Assembly (NCBI RefSeq): GCF_964355755.1
Contig: NC_092678.1
Coordinates: 17,997,365 to 18,061,364, forward strand
DNA length: 64,000 nt
Origin: Antedon mediterranea
Taxonomy: Eukaryota > Animalia > Echinodermata
Direction: 5' to 3'
In this document: piece by piece, positions 63,540 through 64,000 of the stretch
Numbering within the stretch: the stretch's first letter is position 1
Layout of the letters: each line of letters opens with the position of its first letter
Program-made: the position numbers and the translations under genes
The notes under the pieces: generated by a model
The model's database searches: none
What the model was told of the DNA's origin: nothing
The model's input: the letters and a program-made list of their open reading frames with translations, nothing else

Positions 63540-64000
63540 CGACTTCATTTAATTTCGAAGGAAATCGTAACAAAAAATCCCATTTCTGGACCACTCTTTA
63601 TTGCTGTACCGTACGTCAAAACTACAAAATGGATCTTGACTACATTTGAACTAAAGATAGATATGTAGTCACGGAAGACTTAATTAAGACTTAAGATTTA
63701 ATTTTAGAGGTAATCCGGACCAAGATATCCCAATTCTGGACCACTTTTATTGTTTTACCTAGGCCGTACGTCAAATCTAGAGGATGAATATTTACCACAT
63801 TTTAACTACAAATAGATATGTAGTCATGGACGATTTCATTTAATTTTGGAGGTAATCCGGACAAGGGTCCCAATTTTGAACCACTTTGTATTATTTTACT
63901 AATTTTAGGCCGTTCGTCAAAACTACAAGATGGATCTTTACCACATTTTAAGTACAAATAGATATGTAGTCACGGACGACTTAAATTAATTTTGAAGGCA
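63540..64000. repeat. ~150-bp diverged satellite, at least 3 copies, runs off the window
   Basis: ATAGATATGTAGTCA at ~63657, ~63811, ~63958; ACCACT and CGTCAAA motifs repeat in register. Confidence 0.88.

Overview
AT-rich, repeat-dominated eukaryotic (animal) DNA with no recognisable multi-exon host gene. The repeat content (DeuSINE/Nin-domain SINE; RTE, RTEX-like and L2-like LINEs; TAGGCCTA excess) is consistent with a marine invertebrate deuterostome, possibly an echinoderm; this is inference only. The only convincing protein-coding sequence is a young minus-strand non-LTR retrotransposon (25351-29160; APE endonuclease, reverse transcriptase and C-terminal Cys/His motif; RTEX-like; one frameshift). 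Just 5' of it lies a decayed RTE LINE whose C-terminal coding segment has been amplified into an 8 x 122-bp tandem array. The window also holds an 8.5-kb 34-bp minisatellite with 1563-bp and 1156-bp higher-order duplications, a 1.5-kb 39-bp minisatellite, several smaller tandem repeats, many PIF/Harbinger-type MITEs (one triple-nested), Helentron/HINE-like elements and a few isolated candidate micro-exons. No CRISPR, rRNA or intact tRNA was seen. Most ORFs in the supplied track are repeat artefacts. All counts were made by eye.
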